A DNA stretch of 64,000 nt from Gallionella sp. (GCA_041660905.1 JBAZVL010000009.1:13338-77337); one strand, 5' to 3'; shown: positions 16,689 to 27,238, numbered from the stretch's first letter. A program made the numbers and translations. Notes: generated by a model from the sequence alone, not told the origin.

Positions 16689-17062
16689 GACGTTTTTCGG
16701 CACTTCGAGAGCTTGCGCTTGCGGTGCCTACCCCTTAAGTTAATCTGACCGCATCAGTGTAGACGTATATTTAACTATGTGTGCGGCGTTTTTAAATGGT
16801 TGGCGATGTCAGGTCAGGCGTATGGATAATTCTTCTGTCGTGGTTGTGACCGATGTGCTCAGCAGAACTACGTAGCTCAGGCTTCGCACGGCAGCTTCCA
16901 GCGTGGCGGGGTAATCACCGGCAGTGCCAGATTACATCAGGCCAGATCATGGAGATGCTCATATTGATTGGGCATAGCGTGTAAATCCGGGCTATGGATA
17001 TATGGAATATTGATGTAATATCTATTCATTATTAATTCAATATACTGGCGGGTTTATCCAAA

Positions 17063-18442
17063 ATGGCACTCCCTGAATCTGTTTTCAAATTGCTGAGGGA
17101 CGGTCCGAAGTCCGCCAGAGCATTGTGTGAGCAGCTTGGTGTCAGTCAGCCGACATTCTCTCGATTGATGGCAGGGCAGGGAGTATCCATTCTCCGCTTC
17201 GGTAAGGCGCGCCAGTCACAGTATGCACTCCGGCGCAAGCTGGGTGCGCACGCAGATTTTCCACTTTACCGAGTCAGCGCTTCTGGAGAGTTGCAGCAGT
17301 GGGGCGTGCTTTATCCGATCATGCCTGAAGGATATCTGGTTGAAACTTGGCCGACATCAACTTGTGAAGCAAGGTTTGATCTCCATCCGGGGCTGCCCTG
17401 GTACTTGCAGAACATGCGTCCGCAAGGATTTCTGGGTCGTTCTTTTGCGCGTTTTCACGGGCCAATGTTGGGATTGCCCGCTGATCCTACTCGCTGGAGT
17501 GATGATCAGATGTTGCTCGCATTGGCAAATAACGGGTACGACACGCCGGGCAATCTGATGGTCGGTGAAGAATCCGCTTCTCATTTTCAGACGCGCGCGC
17601 TTTTTTCATCTCAGGAAGAATCTGCGGCGCCGATTCCGGCAGAGCAGCGGTTGCAGCAGTATCCAAAATTAGCACGACTGGCGTTGGCAGGTGAGGTGGT
17701 CGGTTCATCGGCGGGGGGAGAGCAACCTAAGTTCAATGTTGAAGTATTGCGTGAGGGTCTGTCCGTTCAGGTTATGGTCAAATTCACCGCACCGCAGGAC
17801 AACGCAGCGACGCTACGCTGGCGCAGTCTGCTGATTTGCGAATACATCGCTTCTCAGGTGCTGGGTGATTTATTTCCCTGTAGTGAAAGTGAATTGTTGA
17901 GCGCAGAGGTGGATGGATCGCATCAGTTGTTTTTGCAGACTTTGCGGTTTGACAGGGTAGACCGGCTGGGGCGGTCAGGTGTCGTTTCGCTCAAGTCACT
18001 CGATGATGAGTTCGCGGGGCTCGCAGCAGAGTGGCCGAAGATTACCGCCGAGTTGGTGCGAGCGGGGAAGCTGAGCGCGGATGTGCATCAGCAAGTACAA
18101 AAGTTGTACGTATTTGGCGTGCTGATCGGCAATGCCGATATGCACACCGGTAATCTTTCGTTTTTTGTGGATGATGTCACTAAAGCCGCGCCTGAATATA
18201 CTCTGGCGCCGGTGTACGACATGTTGCCTATGTCGCTGGCACCGCGCCCGTCCGGGCAGATTCCTGATGCTTTACCTATACCGAAAGTGAACATGAATCC
18301 GCCATTAGCCATCTGGCTGGAATTGCTGCCGCTGGCAATCCGCTACTGGCACCTGGTGGCCGCGCATCCTGATATATCAGAAGATGTAAGGGGTATGGCG
18401 CAGAAACAGGCAGAGCTTTTATCGCGTAGCGCCATTTTTTGA
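17063..18442 (+). CDS. yjjJ: HipA-family Ser/Thr kinase toxin with fused N-terminal HTH (YjjJ/HipH-like)
   Basis: N-terminal HTH (ARALCEQLGVSQPTFSRLM). HipA P-loop-like GGEQPKF and catalytic GNADMHTGNLSF are present. There is no separate hipB upstream. Confidence 0.8.
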   Translation: MALPESVFKLLRDGPKSARALCEQLGVSQPTFSRLMAGQGVSILRFGKARQSQYALRRKLGAHADFPLYRVSASGELQQWGVLYPIMPEGYLVETWPTSTCEARFDLHPGLPWYLQNMRPQGFLGRSFARFHGPMLGLPADPTRWSDDQMLLALANNGYDTPGNLMVGEESASHFQTRALFSSQEESAAPIPAEQRLQQYPKLARLALAGEVVGSSAGGEQPKFNVEVLREGLSVQVMVKFTAPQDNAATLRWRSLLICEYIASQVLGDLFPCSESELLSAEVDGSHQLFLQTLRFDRVDRLGRSGVVSLKSLDDEFAGLAAEWPKITAELVRAGKLSADVHQQVQKLYVFGVLIGNADMHTGNLSFFVDDVTKAAPEYTLAPVYDMLPMSLAPRPSGQIPDALPIPKVNMNPPLAIWLELLPLAIRYWHLVAAHPDISEDVRGMAQKQAELLSRSAIF

Positions 18443-18657
18443 TGACTTAGATGCGTAAATTTTCTGTGGATTTTGTAAGCGCAACCCGTATGTTGCCAAA
18501 CCATCAACTCGCGGGTGTCCAACGCGATCTACACCGGTATCATGCCGGCGCAGCCCTAAGGGCAGGAACTCTGGCATAAACAGACAACCGGGTGTACCGC
18601 AGACGGTTAGCTCGACTTGCCCGGTATGCGCAGGTCAAACAGGCAATGATGGCCCGT

Positions 18658-18852
18658 TTATTTTGCCAGTTGAATCGCGATATCACCCAATGAAGAAAAC
18701 ATCGCCGTCAAAATAAGCTTGTCCGTATCACGCTGGTTGTATTCCGGCATATCCCAATTCAATTCTTTGCGATATTTGCCTACCAAACCTAACATATCCG
18801 CGACAATTTCACGGCGGTGTGCATCCAATTCCTGCTGCTGAACTTTGCTCAT
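18658..18852 (-). CDS. Hypothetical small protein (64 aa)
   Basis: ATG with a good RBS (AAGGAAAC-ATC-ATG). Divergent from gspC. No family was recognised. Confidence 0.4.
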   Translation of the reverse strand: MSKVQQQELDAHRREIVADMLGLVGKYRKELNWDMPEYNQRDTDKLILTAMFSSLGDIAIQLAK

Positions 18853-19061
18853 GATGTTTCCTTGTTTGTGAGTGGGTGACCGACCATTACACCGGAGGAA
18901 TACCTCTGGCGTTGCCGCAATTTATTGGATTGCCAAACGTCTTTCTGTACGTTAACGCACGCAGTTTGCTGTGCCATCGATCCCTGACGGGTATGTGCGC
19001 TGACGTACAGAGCCTGATCTCTGCCTGCGTATACTCCGTGAGGAATCACAGGAGATTAACG

Positions 19062-19544
19062 ATGCGCTTGCCGGAAATATGTGAACTACCGTTGCGCAAA
19101 GTACCCGGCGCGGCTTGGGGCGTCTTCATGTGGCGCGTACTGGCGGTGCTGGTGATCGTCACCCTGCTGGTTCACTGGCTTTGGGTGCTGTTCGCGCCGC
19201 GCAGCATATCGGTATTGCCGGCCGTATTTCCACCGTCCAACGCTCATGCAGAACAACTGTTTGGCAGCGCGCAGCCGGTTTCTGTGTCAGCCGTGGCAAG
19301 CGTGATGCCCAATGTCAGGCTGGTTGGGGTGTTTGCCGGGACGCCGGGCTTTGCGGTGCTGGAACTGGATGGCAAGCATCAGCTGGGTCTGGCGACGGGG
19401 CATGACATTGTCGCCGGAGCGAAACTGGTCGAAGTGGCTAAGGATCATGTGGTGATTGAACGTGCCGGGGTGCGTCAGCAGATACTGCTGGTACGCCCTG
19501 AATTAAAAAATATTGAATTAAAACAGAATATTGCATTGAAATAG
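19062..19544 (+). CDS. gspC: Type II secretion system protein GspC-like (short form without PDZ)
   Basis: ATG 19062 has the RBS AGGAG. It has an N-terminal TM segment (VFMWRVLAVLVIVTLLVHWLWVLF) and an HR-like region (VRLVGVFAG...AVLELDGK...V.IERAGV). It lies directly upstream of gspD. Confidence 0.55.
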   Translation: MRLPEICELPLRKVPGAAWGVFMWRVLAVLVIVTLLVHWLWVLFAPRSISVLPAVFPPSNAHAEQLFGSAQPVSVSAVASVMPNVRLVGVFAGTPGFAVLELDGKHQLGLATGHDIVAGAKLVEVAKDHVVIERAGVRQQILLVRPELKNIELKQNIALK

Positions 19545-19602
19545 TCGCATGTTTAGCATTTGCCGCCCGGCAGTGTTTGAATCGTAAATTTTCTAGGGGT
19601 AT

Positions 19603-21633
19603 TTGATGAATTGGTTGGCACGATGGGTGTTATGCGGTGTGCTTGTCGTGTCGGCCATGGCGAGCCAGGCGGAAGAAATGATTTCGCTGAATTTCGTGAA
19701 TGCGGATATCGAAGAGGTGATACGCGCTATCTCGCAAATTACGCAGCGCAATTTTCTGGTCGATCCTCGCGTTAAAGGCAATATCAATATTGTCTCGGCT
19801 ACGCCGATTCCGGCAGGTTTAGCGTATGACACGCTGCTGTCCGCCTTGCGTTTGCAGGGATTTGCGGCGGTAGAGTCGAACGGGGTGACTAAAGTCATGC
19901 CGGAGGCGGATGGCAAACTTTATATTCCCGGTATCGGCGAGAAAAACGGCAGCAGCGATAAACTGATGACGCGCGTATTTATGCTGCATCACGAATCTGC
20001 GGTGCAGATGGTGCCTATTTTGCGTCCCCTGATCGCGCCCAATAATATAGTGCTGGCCTATCCCAATAACAACGCGCTGGTGGTGACCGACTATGCCAGC
20101 AATCTCAAACGCATCGAGCAAATTGTCGCTACGCTGGATCAGGCCCCGGTATCTGCCACCCTGGTCATTCCGGTGAAATATGCTTCGGTGATGGATCTGG
20201 CGCAAACCATCAACCGCTTGATGATGGATGGTTCGCTGGTCGCGGCAGGATCGACCGATGCCAGTCAGCGCTTTATGCTGATGGCGGATGCACGCACCAA
20301 TAGTCTGTTGCTCAAAACCGATAGTCCGGTGCGCATCAAGCGGGTGCAGGAGCTGGTGGAAAAGCTGGATATGCAGACCAGTGCGCCGGGCAATATACAC
20401 GTGGTCTATCTGAAAAATGCTGAGGCCGCGAAACTGGCGATCACGCTGCGCGCCGTGCTGAGCGGGGATACCGCGTCTGCGGCAGCGACTCCGGGCACGT
20501 CCAATTTAACAGCTGGTTCGCAGGTTGCGCCGACAGCGCCGGTGATGACGGGGGGGATGATACAGGCGGATACCGCCTCGAATGCCTTGATCATTACCGC
20601 GCCGGACGCCGTTTATAACAATTTGCGCGCGGTGGTGGAAATGCTGGATATACGGCGGGCGCAGGTGTTTGTCGAGGCGCTGATCGCCGAAGTGACGGCC
20701 GATAAGGCGGCAGAATTCGGTATTCAATGGCAGGCGCTCAACGGCATCAATAGCCCCGGTGCCAACATCATAGGCGGCACGAATTTCGGCACGACGGGAG
20801 CCGGGGGCGCTGCTGGTGCCGGTGGCGGCAATATCATCAGTGCGGCGGCCAACATCGGCACGGTGGGGCAGGGGCTGAATGTCGGCATCGTCCGAGGCAC
20901 CACGACCATCCCGGGGCTGGGCACCGTGCTCAATTTAGGGATGCTGGCCAGAGTCCTCGAAAACGATGCCAAGGCCAATATTCTCTCTACACCGAATTTG
21001 CTGACGCTGGACAACGAAGAGGCGAAGATCATCATCGGGCAAAATGTTCCTTTTATAACAGGCAGTTACGCGCAGACCGGCACGGCGGCGACCGCGTCCC
21101 CGTTTCAAACCATAGAGCGCAAAGATGTCGGGCTGACCTTGCGCATCAAGCCGCAGATATCGCAGGGGGGCACGGTCAAGCTGCAGGTCTATCAGGAAGT
21201 CTCCAGCGTGCAGTCCCAGACTATCAACAATGCCGCCGGTGTCATCACCAACAAGCGCTCGCTCGAATCCACCGTGCTGGTCGAGGAGGGGCAGATCATC
21301 GTGCTGGGCGGCCTGATACAGGATTCGGTGACCAATGGCGAGGACAAAGTGCCTGTGCTGGGCGATATTCCGCTGCTGGGCAATCTGTTCCGTCATGAAA
21401 CCCGCCAGCACTCCAAGACCAATCTGATGGTGTTCATCCGCCCCTATGTGATGCGCGATGCTCAGTCGCATCAGGGGCTGACACAGGATCGTTATGAATA
21501 TCTGCAGGGCGAGCAAAAGAAGAGTCAGTTGCCATCACGCATGATGCTGCCGGATATGCAGGCACCTACTTTGCCACCGCTTAGCAACGTTAAACCTGCG
21601 CCGGGAGTTGGCCTGTCGGCTGCGGTTAATTGA
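19603..21633 (+). CDS. gspD: Type II secretion system secretin GspD
   Basis: 676 aa with a signal peptide, N0-N3 domains, and a secretin core including IIGGTNFG... and VPVLGDIPLLGNLFR. Confidence 0.92.
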   Translation: MMNWLARWVLCGVLVVSAMASQAEEMISLNFVNADIEEVIRAISQITQRNFLVDPRVKGNINIVSATPIPAGLAYDTLLSALRLQGFAAVESNGVTKVMPEADGKLYIPGIGEKNGSSDKLMTRVFMLHHESAVQMVPILRPLIAPNNIVLAYPNNNALVVTDYASNLKRIEQIVATLDQAPVSATLVIPVKYASVMDLAQTINRLMMDGSLVAAGSTDASQRFMLMADARTNSLLLKTDSPVRIKRVQELVEKLDMQTSAPGNIHVVYLKNAEAAKLAITLRAVLSGDTASAAATPGTSNLTAGSQVAPTAPVMTGGMIQADTASNALIITAPDAVYNNLRAVVEMLDIRRAQVFVEALIAEVTADKAAEFGIQWQALNGINSPGANIIGGTNFGTTGAGGAAGAGGGNIISAAANIGTVGQGLNVGIVRGTTTIPGLGTVLNLGMLARVLENDAKANILSTPNLLTLDNEEAKIIIGQNVPFITGSYAQTGTAATASPFQTIERKDVGLTLRIKPQISQGGTVKLQVYQEVSSVQSQTINNAAGVITNKRSLESTVLVEEGQIIVLGGLIQDSVTNGEDKVPVLGDIPLLGNLFRHETRQHSKTNLMVFIRPYVMRDAQSHQGLTQDRYEYLQGEQKKSQLPSRMMLPDMQAPTLPPLSNVKPAPGVGLSAAVN

Positions 21634-21634
21634 A

Positions 21635-23122
21635 ATGAGCACAGAGAGCCGTTTTTCCCCTAAAAAAATACCCTATTCCTTTGCTAAAAGCCGGGGGGTG
21701 TTGCTGTGCAGTCTTAGCGCCGATCTGGCCGAAGTGAGCGTGCGCGCGGATGCGGCGGCAACTGTTCTGGCGGAGGTGCGTCGGGTGCTGGCGGTGCCGG
21801 TGCAGGCCCAATTGATCTCAATTGATGTGTTTGATCATGAGCTGGCGCAGGCCTATGGACAGGCCGATGGCTCGGCAGCCTCCATGGTCGATGATGTCGA
21901 GCAGGATATGGATTTGTCGCAACTGGTGAACGATCTGCCGCAAATCGAAGATCTGCTGGACGCCGACAGCGATGCGCCGGTGATCCGCATGATCAACGCG
22001 CTGCTCACCCAGGCCGTGCGCGAAAATGCCTCGGATATACATATCGAACCGTTCGAGACGCGCTCCGCCGTGCGCTTTCGGGTGGACGGCACCTTGAAAG
22101 ACGTGATCGAGCCGCACCGCGCCCTGCATGCGGCGATGGTGTCGCGCATCAAGATCATGGCGGAACTGGATATTGCCGAAAAGCGTCTGCCGCAGGATGG
22201 ACGCATCACCTTGAGGCTGGCCGGCAAGCCGGTCGATGTGCGCGTCTCGACCCTGCCGACCGGACACGGTGAACGGATTGTGTTGCGTCTGCTGGACAAG
22301 GCGGCGGGGCGGCTGGAACTGACCCGTTTGGGGATGGAGGGCGAGACGCTAGCCGCGATGGATGCGCTGGTGCATCAGCCGCACGGCATCGTGCTGGTCA
22401 CGGGACCTACCGGTTCCGGCAAGACCACCACGCTGTATGCCGCGCTGTCGCGCATCGACGCTACGGTGACCAACGTGATGACGGTGGAAGATCCGGTGGA
22501 ATACGATCTGGACGGTATCGGTCAAACTCAGGTCAATCCGCGCATCGAGATGACGTTTGCCCGTGCCTTGCGCGCCATTTTGCGTCAAGACCCTGACGTG
22601 ATCATGATAGGTGAAATCCGCGATCTGGAAACCGCTCAGATCGCGGTACAGGCCAGTCTGACCGGGCATCTGGTGCTGGCCACCTTGCACACCAATGACA
22701 CCGTCAGCTCGATCACCCGCCTGACCGATATGGCAGTCGAACCCTTTCTGTTGTCCTCCAGCCTGCTGGGCGTGCTGGCGCAACGTCTGCTGCGCACCCT
22801 GTGTGGCGAATGCCGCAAGCCTTATCAGCCGGATGCGATTGAGCGCGCGATGTTCGAGGCTAACGCCGTGCCCGAAATGCTTTACCGTCCCGTTGGCTGT
22901 GCGGCCTGTAATCAGACAGGTTACCGGGGGCGCAGCGGTATTTACGAGTTGCTGACCATAGATGACGGGATGCGTCACTTGATCCACGAGCGCGCCTCTG
23001 AACAGGAGTTGCGCGAATACGCCATGCAACACGGCATGCGCAGCATGCGCGAGGATGGGATGCGCTTGGTTGCAACCGGCAAAACTTCGCTGGAAGAGTT
23101 GCTGCGCGTCACGCGTGAATAG
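21635..23122 (+). CDS. gspE: Type II secretion ATPase GspE
   Basis: Walker A GPTGSGKTTTLYA, Asp/His boxes and a tetracysteine motif (CGEC...CAAC). ATG 21635 lies 1 nt after the gspD stop. Confidence 0.93.
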   Translation: MSTESRFSPKKIPYSFAKSRGVLLCSLSADLAEVSVRADAAATVLAEVRRVLAVPVQAQLISIDVFDHELAQAYGQADGSAASMVDDVEQDMDLSQLVNDLPQIEDLLDADSDAPVIRMINALLTQAVRENASDIHIEPFETRSAVRFRVDGTLKDVIEPHRALHAAMVSRIKIMAELDIAEKRLPQDGRITLRLAGKPVDVRVSTLPTGHGERIVLRLLDKAAGRLELTRLGMEGETLAAMDALVHQPHGIVLVTGPTGSGKTTTLYAALSRIDATVTNVMTVEDPVEYDLDGIGQTQVNPRIEMTFARALRAILRQDPDVIMIGEIRDLETAQIAVQASLTGHLVLATLHTNDTVSSITRLTDMAVEPFLLSSSLLGVLAQRLLRTLCGECRKPYQPDAIERAMFEANAVPEMLYRPVGCAACNQTGYRGRSGIYELLTIDDGMRHLIHERASEQELREYAMQHGMRSMREDGMRLVATGKTSLEELLRVTRE

Positions 23123-23124
23123 CG

Positions 23125-24342
23125 ATGGCCGCTTTCAGTTATCAGGCGCTCGATAGCAAAGGGCACAGGCTCACTGGCGTGGCGGAGGCGGATACCGTCA
23201 GGCAGGCGCGCGCCGCTCTGCGCGAATCGGGTTTGACCATCGTCGCCATTGCCGCCGTGTCTCAAGAGGCGATGAAGAACACGTCGAGCGGTCGCTGGCG
23301 GCGCGGCAGCTTATCGGTCGCGCAGCTGAGTCTGATTACCCGCCAGTTGGCCACCTTGCTCTCCGCCAGTCTGACGCTGGAGCAGGCGTTGAGCGCATTG
23401 ATAGAGCAAAGCGAGAATGAAACGGCGCGTTCCGTGCTGGCCGGTGTGCGCGCGGAAGTGTTAGGCGGACAGACTTTTGCCCGCGCACTGGGGCGCTATC
23501 CATCGATCTTTCCCGAGTTGTATCGTGCACTGGTCACTGCGGGGGAGTCATCCGGGGAATTGGGGCGCGTGATGTTGCGGCTGGCCGATTACACCGAATC
23601 CCGTCAGGCCTTGCGGCAAAAGGTGGTGTTAGCTTTCGTTTATCCTGCCATCGTCACGCTGGTGGCGCTGCTGGTGGTCGGCGGCTTGCTGATCTATGTG
23701 GTGCCGCAGGTGATAGGCGTGTTTGAACAGTCGCATCAAACCCTGCCGCTACTGACCCGTTCCCTGATCTGGGTGAGTGACGCCTTGCAGCAGTCCTGGG
23801 GATATTTGCTGCTGCTGATACTCGCAGCGGGCGTCACTATCCATTTTGTGCTGCGTCAGCCACGGCTGCGCTATCAGGCTCATCTTTTTCTGTTGCGACT
23901 GCCGGTTTTAGGGCGGCTGGTGCGCGGCATCAATACCGCGCGCATGGCCAGCACCATGGCGATCTTAGCCGGCAGCGGCGTACCGTTGATGGCGGGCTTG
24001 ACCGCTGCCGCCGGGGTGGTCAGCAATTTGCCGATGAGACAGGCGGTGGATGAGGCCGCCAAAATGGTGCGCGAAGGGGTAGGTCTGAGTCGTGCGCTTA
24101 GCGTTTCCGGATACTTTCCACCCTTGCTGGTTCATCTGATCGCCAGCGGCGAGGCCAGTGGTCAACTGGATGTGATGCTGGAACGCGCGGCCGCCCAGCA
24201 GGAACAGGAGGTCGGAAACTACACCACGATTTTGACTTCGCTGCTGGAGCCGGTGCTGATATTGACGATGGGCATCGTAGTGCTGCTGATCGTATTAGCC
24301 ATCCTGATGCCTATCATCGATATGAATCAGATGGTCAGATAG
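23125..24342 (+). CDS. gspF: Type II secretion inner-membrane platform protein GspF
   Basis: 405 aa with the duplicated GspF/PilC domain and 3 TM segments. It starts 2 nt after the gspE stop. Confidence 0.93.
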   Translation: MAAFSYQALDSKGHRLTGVAEADTVRQARAALRESGLTIVAIAAVSQEAMKNTSSGRWRRGSLSVAQLSLITRQLATLLSASLTLEQALSALIEQSENETARSVLAGVRAEVLGGQTFARALGRYPSIFPELYRALVTAGESSGELGRVMLRLADYTESRQALRQKVVLAFVYPAIVTLVALLVVGGLLIYVVPQVIGVFEQSHQTLPLLTRSLIWVSDALQQSWGYLLLLILAAGVTIHFVLRQPRLRYQAHLFLLRLPVLGRLVRGINTARMASTMAILAGSGVPLMAGLTAAAGVVSNLPMRQAVDEAAKMVREGVGLSRALSVSGYFPPLLVHLIASGEASGQLDVMLERAAAQQEQEVGNYTTILTSLLEPVLILTMGIVVLLIVLAILMPIIDMNQMVR

Positions 24343-24497
24343 ATATCGTTAATAATCATATAGTAATAATGGTTGCTGGCGCTGTGTTTTGCAGGCGCGA
24401 GCGTATTTGTTCATCACGGTTATGTTATTTACCGCACCGTGATGGTTTTGAAACAGGCACATAGTGACCTACGGTATCGACTGAATGGAGGCTATGT

Positions 24498-27197
24498 ATG
24501 CAAACCCCGCAAGATGTGGAAATTTATGCCAGGCGTGACTACGCGCTTGAATTGCTTAAAATTTCTGAAAGCCGATACCGCAGGCTATTTGAAACTGCAC
24601 GGGACGGAATTTTACTGCTCAATGCCGTGACCGCGCAGATCGAAGATGTGAACCCATATCTGATCGAGATGCTGGGTTACTCGCATGAGGAGTTTCTGGG
24701 TAAAAAACTTTGGGAAGTCGGTTCATTCGCGGATATTGCGCAGAGCAAGGAAATGTTCTCCGAGTTGCAAACCGATGGTTACGTCAGATACAAGGATCTT
24801 CCGCTCAAGACCAAGGCCGGGGCGAAAATTGCCGTGGAGTTCGTCAGCAATACTTATGACTGTGCCGGAATTTTGGTGATTCAATGCAATATCCGCGATA
24901 TCACCGAGCGCAACAACGATCAGGCCAAGATACAGCGCAATATTCAGCTCTATGCGGCGCTCAGCGAATGCAATAAAGCGATCGTGCATTGCGTCAGTGA
25001 AGAAGCTTTATTCCTGCAAGTGTGTCAGGCAGCGGTGAATTTCGGTGGTATGAAGATGGCCTGGGTAGGTTTGATCGCGCCGGAGACTCAGATGGTGAAC
25101 AAGGCGGTCAGTTTCGGGGATGACACCCGCTATCTGGATGATGTAATGATTTCGCTGGATTTGAACAGCACCTTCGGGCACAGCCCGACCGGCACGGCTA
25201 TCCGCGACAATCAACCTTACTGGTGTCAGGATTTTCTCAATGATCCCCTCAATACGCCCTGGCATGAACGGGCGATGAAGGCTGCGCTGGCCTCTTCCGC
25301 TTCGTTGCCACTGTACCGTCATGGCCTGGTGATTGGTGCTTTTATTTTGTATTCAGGTGAGGCGCGCGCTTTCGATGAGCCTGCCCGCAACTTGCTGGTT
25401 GAAATGTCTCTGGATATCAGCTTTGCGCTGGACAATCTTGCCCGGGAAGAACAGCGCAAGCTCAATGTCGATGAAATACAGTTCAGAAACACCATTTTGC
25501 TGACTCAGCAGGAGACGTCGCTCGATGCCATATTGGTGGTCGATGAGAACGTGGTGATCATCTCGTTTAACCAGAAATTTCTGGATATGTGGCTGATGTC
25601 ACCCGACAGTGCCCCTACCTGCCTGAACGACTTTAAGCTCGAATCCGTGGCCGGGCAACTCATGTATCCTGAAATTTTTATCGCACGGGTTCAGTATCTC
25701 AACGAACAACGCGTAGCCAAGAGCCGCGAGGAAATTGTGCTCAAGGACGGTCGAACCATCGATCAGTATTCCGCACCGATCACCTGTGTAGACGGGAAAT
25801 ATCACGGGCGGGTCTGGTATTTTCGCGACATTACCGAGCGCAAAGTGGCGGAAAACAAGATTGAACAACTGGCCTTTTACGATCCGCTGACCAGTCTGCC
25901 CAATCGTCGTCTGTTGCATGATCGTTTGCAGCACGCCCTGGTGGCCAGTGCGCGTCATGACAGTCACGGTGCGATCCTGTTTATCGATCTGGATAATTTT
26001 AAAACGCTCAATGACACGCAGGGGCATAACGTGGGCGATCTGTTGCTCACCGAGGTGGCAAACCGCTTGCAAGGGTGTGTGCGTGAACGGGATACGGTGG
26101 CTCGGGTGGGCGGCGATGAATTTGTCGTCATACTCGAAGAGCTTAGCGCTGATCTTTTGTTTGCTGTGGCACAAACGAAAGCCATCGGCGACAAGATACT
26201 CGCCAGCATCAGTCAGAAATACCTGCTCAATAGTTTCGAATATTATTGCTCGACCAGCATCGGCGTAAGCCTGTTTCTCAGTCAGGAAGTGACGGAAGAT
26301 GAACTGTTAAAGCGTGCTGATACGGCCATGTATCAGGCGAAAAGTGCAGGGCGAAATACCATGCGTTTTTATGATCCGGCCATGCAGGCCGTTTTGGAAA
26401 TCCACGCCGCTTTGGAGAGAGATCTGCGCCGCGCCGGTGAAAGAGACCAGTTCAAAATTTATTACCAGATGCAGGTTGATGATAAGGATCGTATTATTGG
26501 TGCGGAGGCATTGATACGCTGGCAGCATCCGCAACGCGGGCTGGTTTCTCCGCAGCAGTTTATTCCGCTGGCGGAAGAATCTGACCTGATACTATCCATC
26601 GGGCAGTGGGTTTTGCAGGCTGCATGCATTCAGCTCAAAGCGTGGGAAGCTGATCCGCTTACCTGCGATTTACATCTGTCGGTGAATGTCAGCGCGCGTC
26701 AATTTCAGCAACCTGATTTTGTCGATCAGGTCTGTCAAACGATCCAACAACACGGGGTCAACGCCAAGCTGCTCAAATTAGAACTCACGGAGGGGCTGGT
26801 GCTGGGCAAGATTGATGAGGCGATCTTCAAGATGAATGCGCTGCAGGAGCTGGGCGTGCGTTTCTCTATGGATGATTTCGGTACCGGGTATTCTTCCCTG
26901 GCGTATCTGACCAAGTTACCGCTCGATCAGTTGAAGATAGACCAGTCCTTTGTGCACAATGTCGGGGTGAAAAAAAGTGATGCACTGATCGTGCAGACCA
27001 TCATCGGCATGGCGCAAAACCTGGGGTTGGAGGTGATTGCAGAAGGGGTGGAAACCCAGGCACAGCGCGACTTTTTGCAGCAGCACGGTTGCCAGCTTTA
27101 TCAAGGCGCACTATTTGGGAACGCCGTTCCGGTGGAGGAATTCATCGCAAGCTTGAAGGCATTATTCATCACGCCAACCGCTGAACGCTATTTTTAA
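24498..27197 (+). CDS. PAS-GAF-PAS-GGDEF-EAL c-di-GMP turnover protein
   Basis: PAS signatures (YRRLFETARDGILLL; WYFRDITERK), a GAF-like region, RVGGDEFVVIL, EALIRW and DDFGTGYSSL. Both catalytic motifs look intact. Confidence 0.9.
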   Translation: MQTPQDVEIYARRDYALELLKISESRYRRLFETARDGILLLNAVTAQIEDVNPYLIEMLGYSHEEFLGKKLWEVGSFADIAQSKEMFSELQTDGYVRYKDLPLKTKAGAKIAVEFVSNTYDCAGILVIQCNIRDITERNNDQAKIQRNIQLYAALSECNKAIVHCVSEEALFLQVCQAAVNFGGMKMAWVGLIAPETQMVNKAVSFGDDTRYLDDVMISLDLNSTFGHSPTGTAIRDNQPYWCQDFLNDPLNTPWHERAMKAALASSASLPLYRHGLVIGAFILYSGEARAFDEPARNLLVEMSLDISFALDNLAREEQRKLNVDEIQFRNTILLTQQETSLDAILVVDENVVIISFNQKFLDMWLMSPDSAPTCLNDFKLESVAGQLMYPEIFIARVQYLNEQRVAKSREEIVLKDGRTIDQYSAPITCVDGKYHGRVWYFRDITERKVAENKIEQLAFYDPLTSLPNRRLLHDRLQHALVASARHDSHGAILFIDLDNFKTLNDTQGHNVGDLLLTEVANRLQGCVRERDTVARVGGDEFVVILEELSADLLFAVAQTKAIGDKILASISQKYLLNSFEYYCSTSIGVSLFLSQEVTEDELLKRADTAMYQAKSAGRNTMRFYDPAMQAVLEIHAALERDLRRAGERDQFKIYYQMQVDDKDRIIGAEALIRWQHPQRGLVSPQQFIPLAEESDLILSIGQWVLQAACIQLKAWEADPLTCDLHLSVNVSARQFQQPDFVDQVCQTIQQHGVNAKLLKLELTEGLVLGKIDEAIFKMNALQELGVRFSMDDFGTGYSSLAYLTKLPLDQLKIDQSFVHNVGVKKSDALIVQTIIGMAQNLGLEVIAEGVETQAQRDFLQQHGCQLYQGALFGNAVPVEEFIASLKALFITPTAERYF

Positions 27198-27238
27198 AAT
27201 TCCAACAATTAGCTACATCATCAAGCGATAATCAAAAT

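Noticed and set aside
14229-18852. Calling the TA/nuclease islet a mobile element (integrative island or prophage remnant)
   Set aside because: No integrase, transposase, tRNA gene or flanking direct repeats could be identified by eye. Only a weak Mor-like remnant hints at phage origin.
24373-24630. 85-aa ORF upstream of and overlapping the PAS-GGDEF-EAL gene
   Set aside because: It overlaps the strongly supported 899-aa gene in another frame and has no recognisable features.
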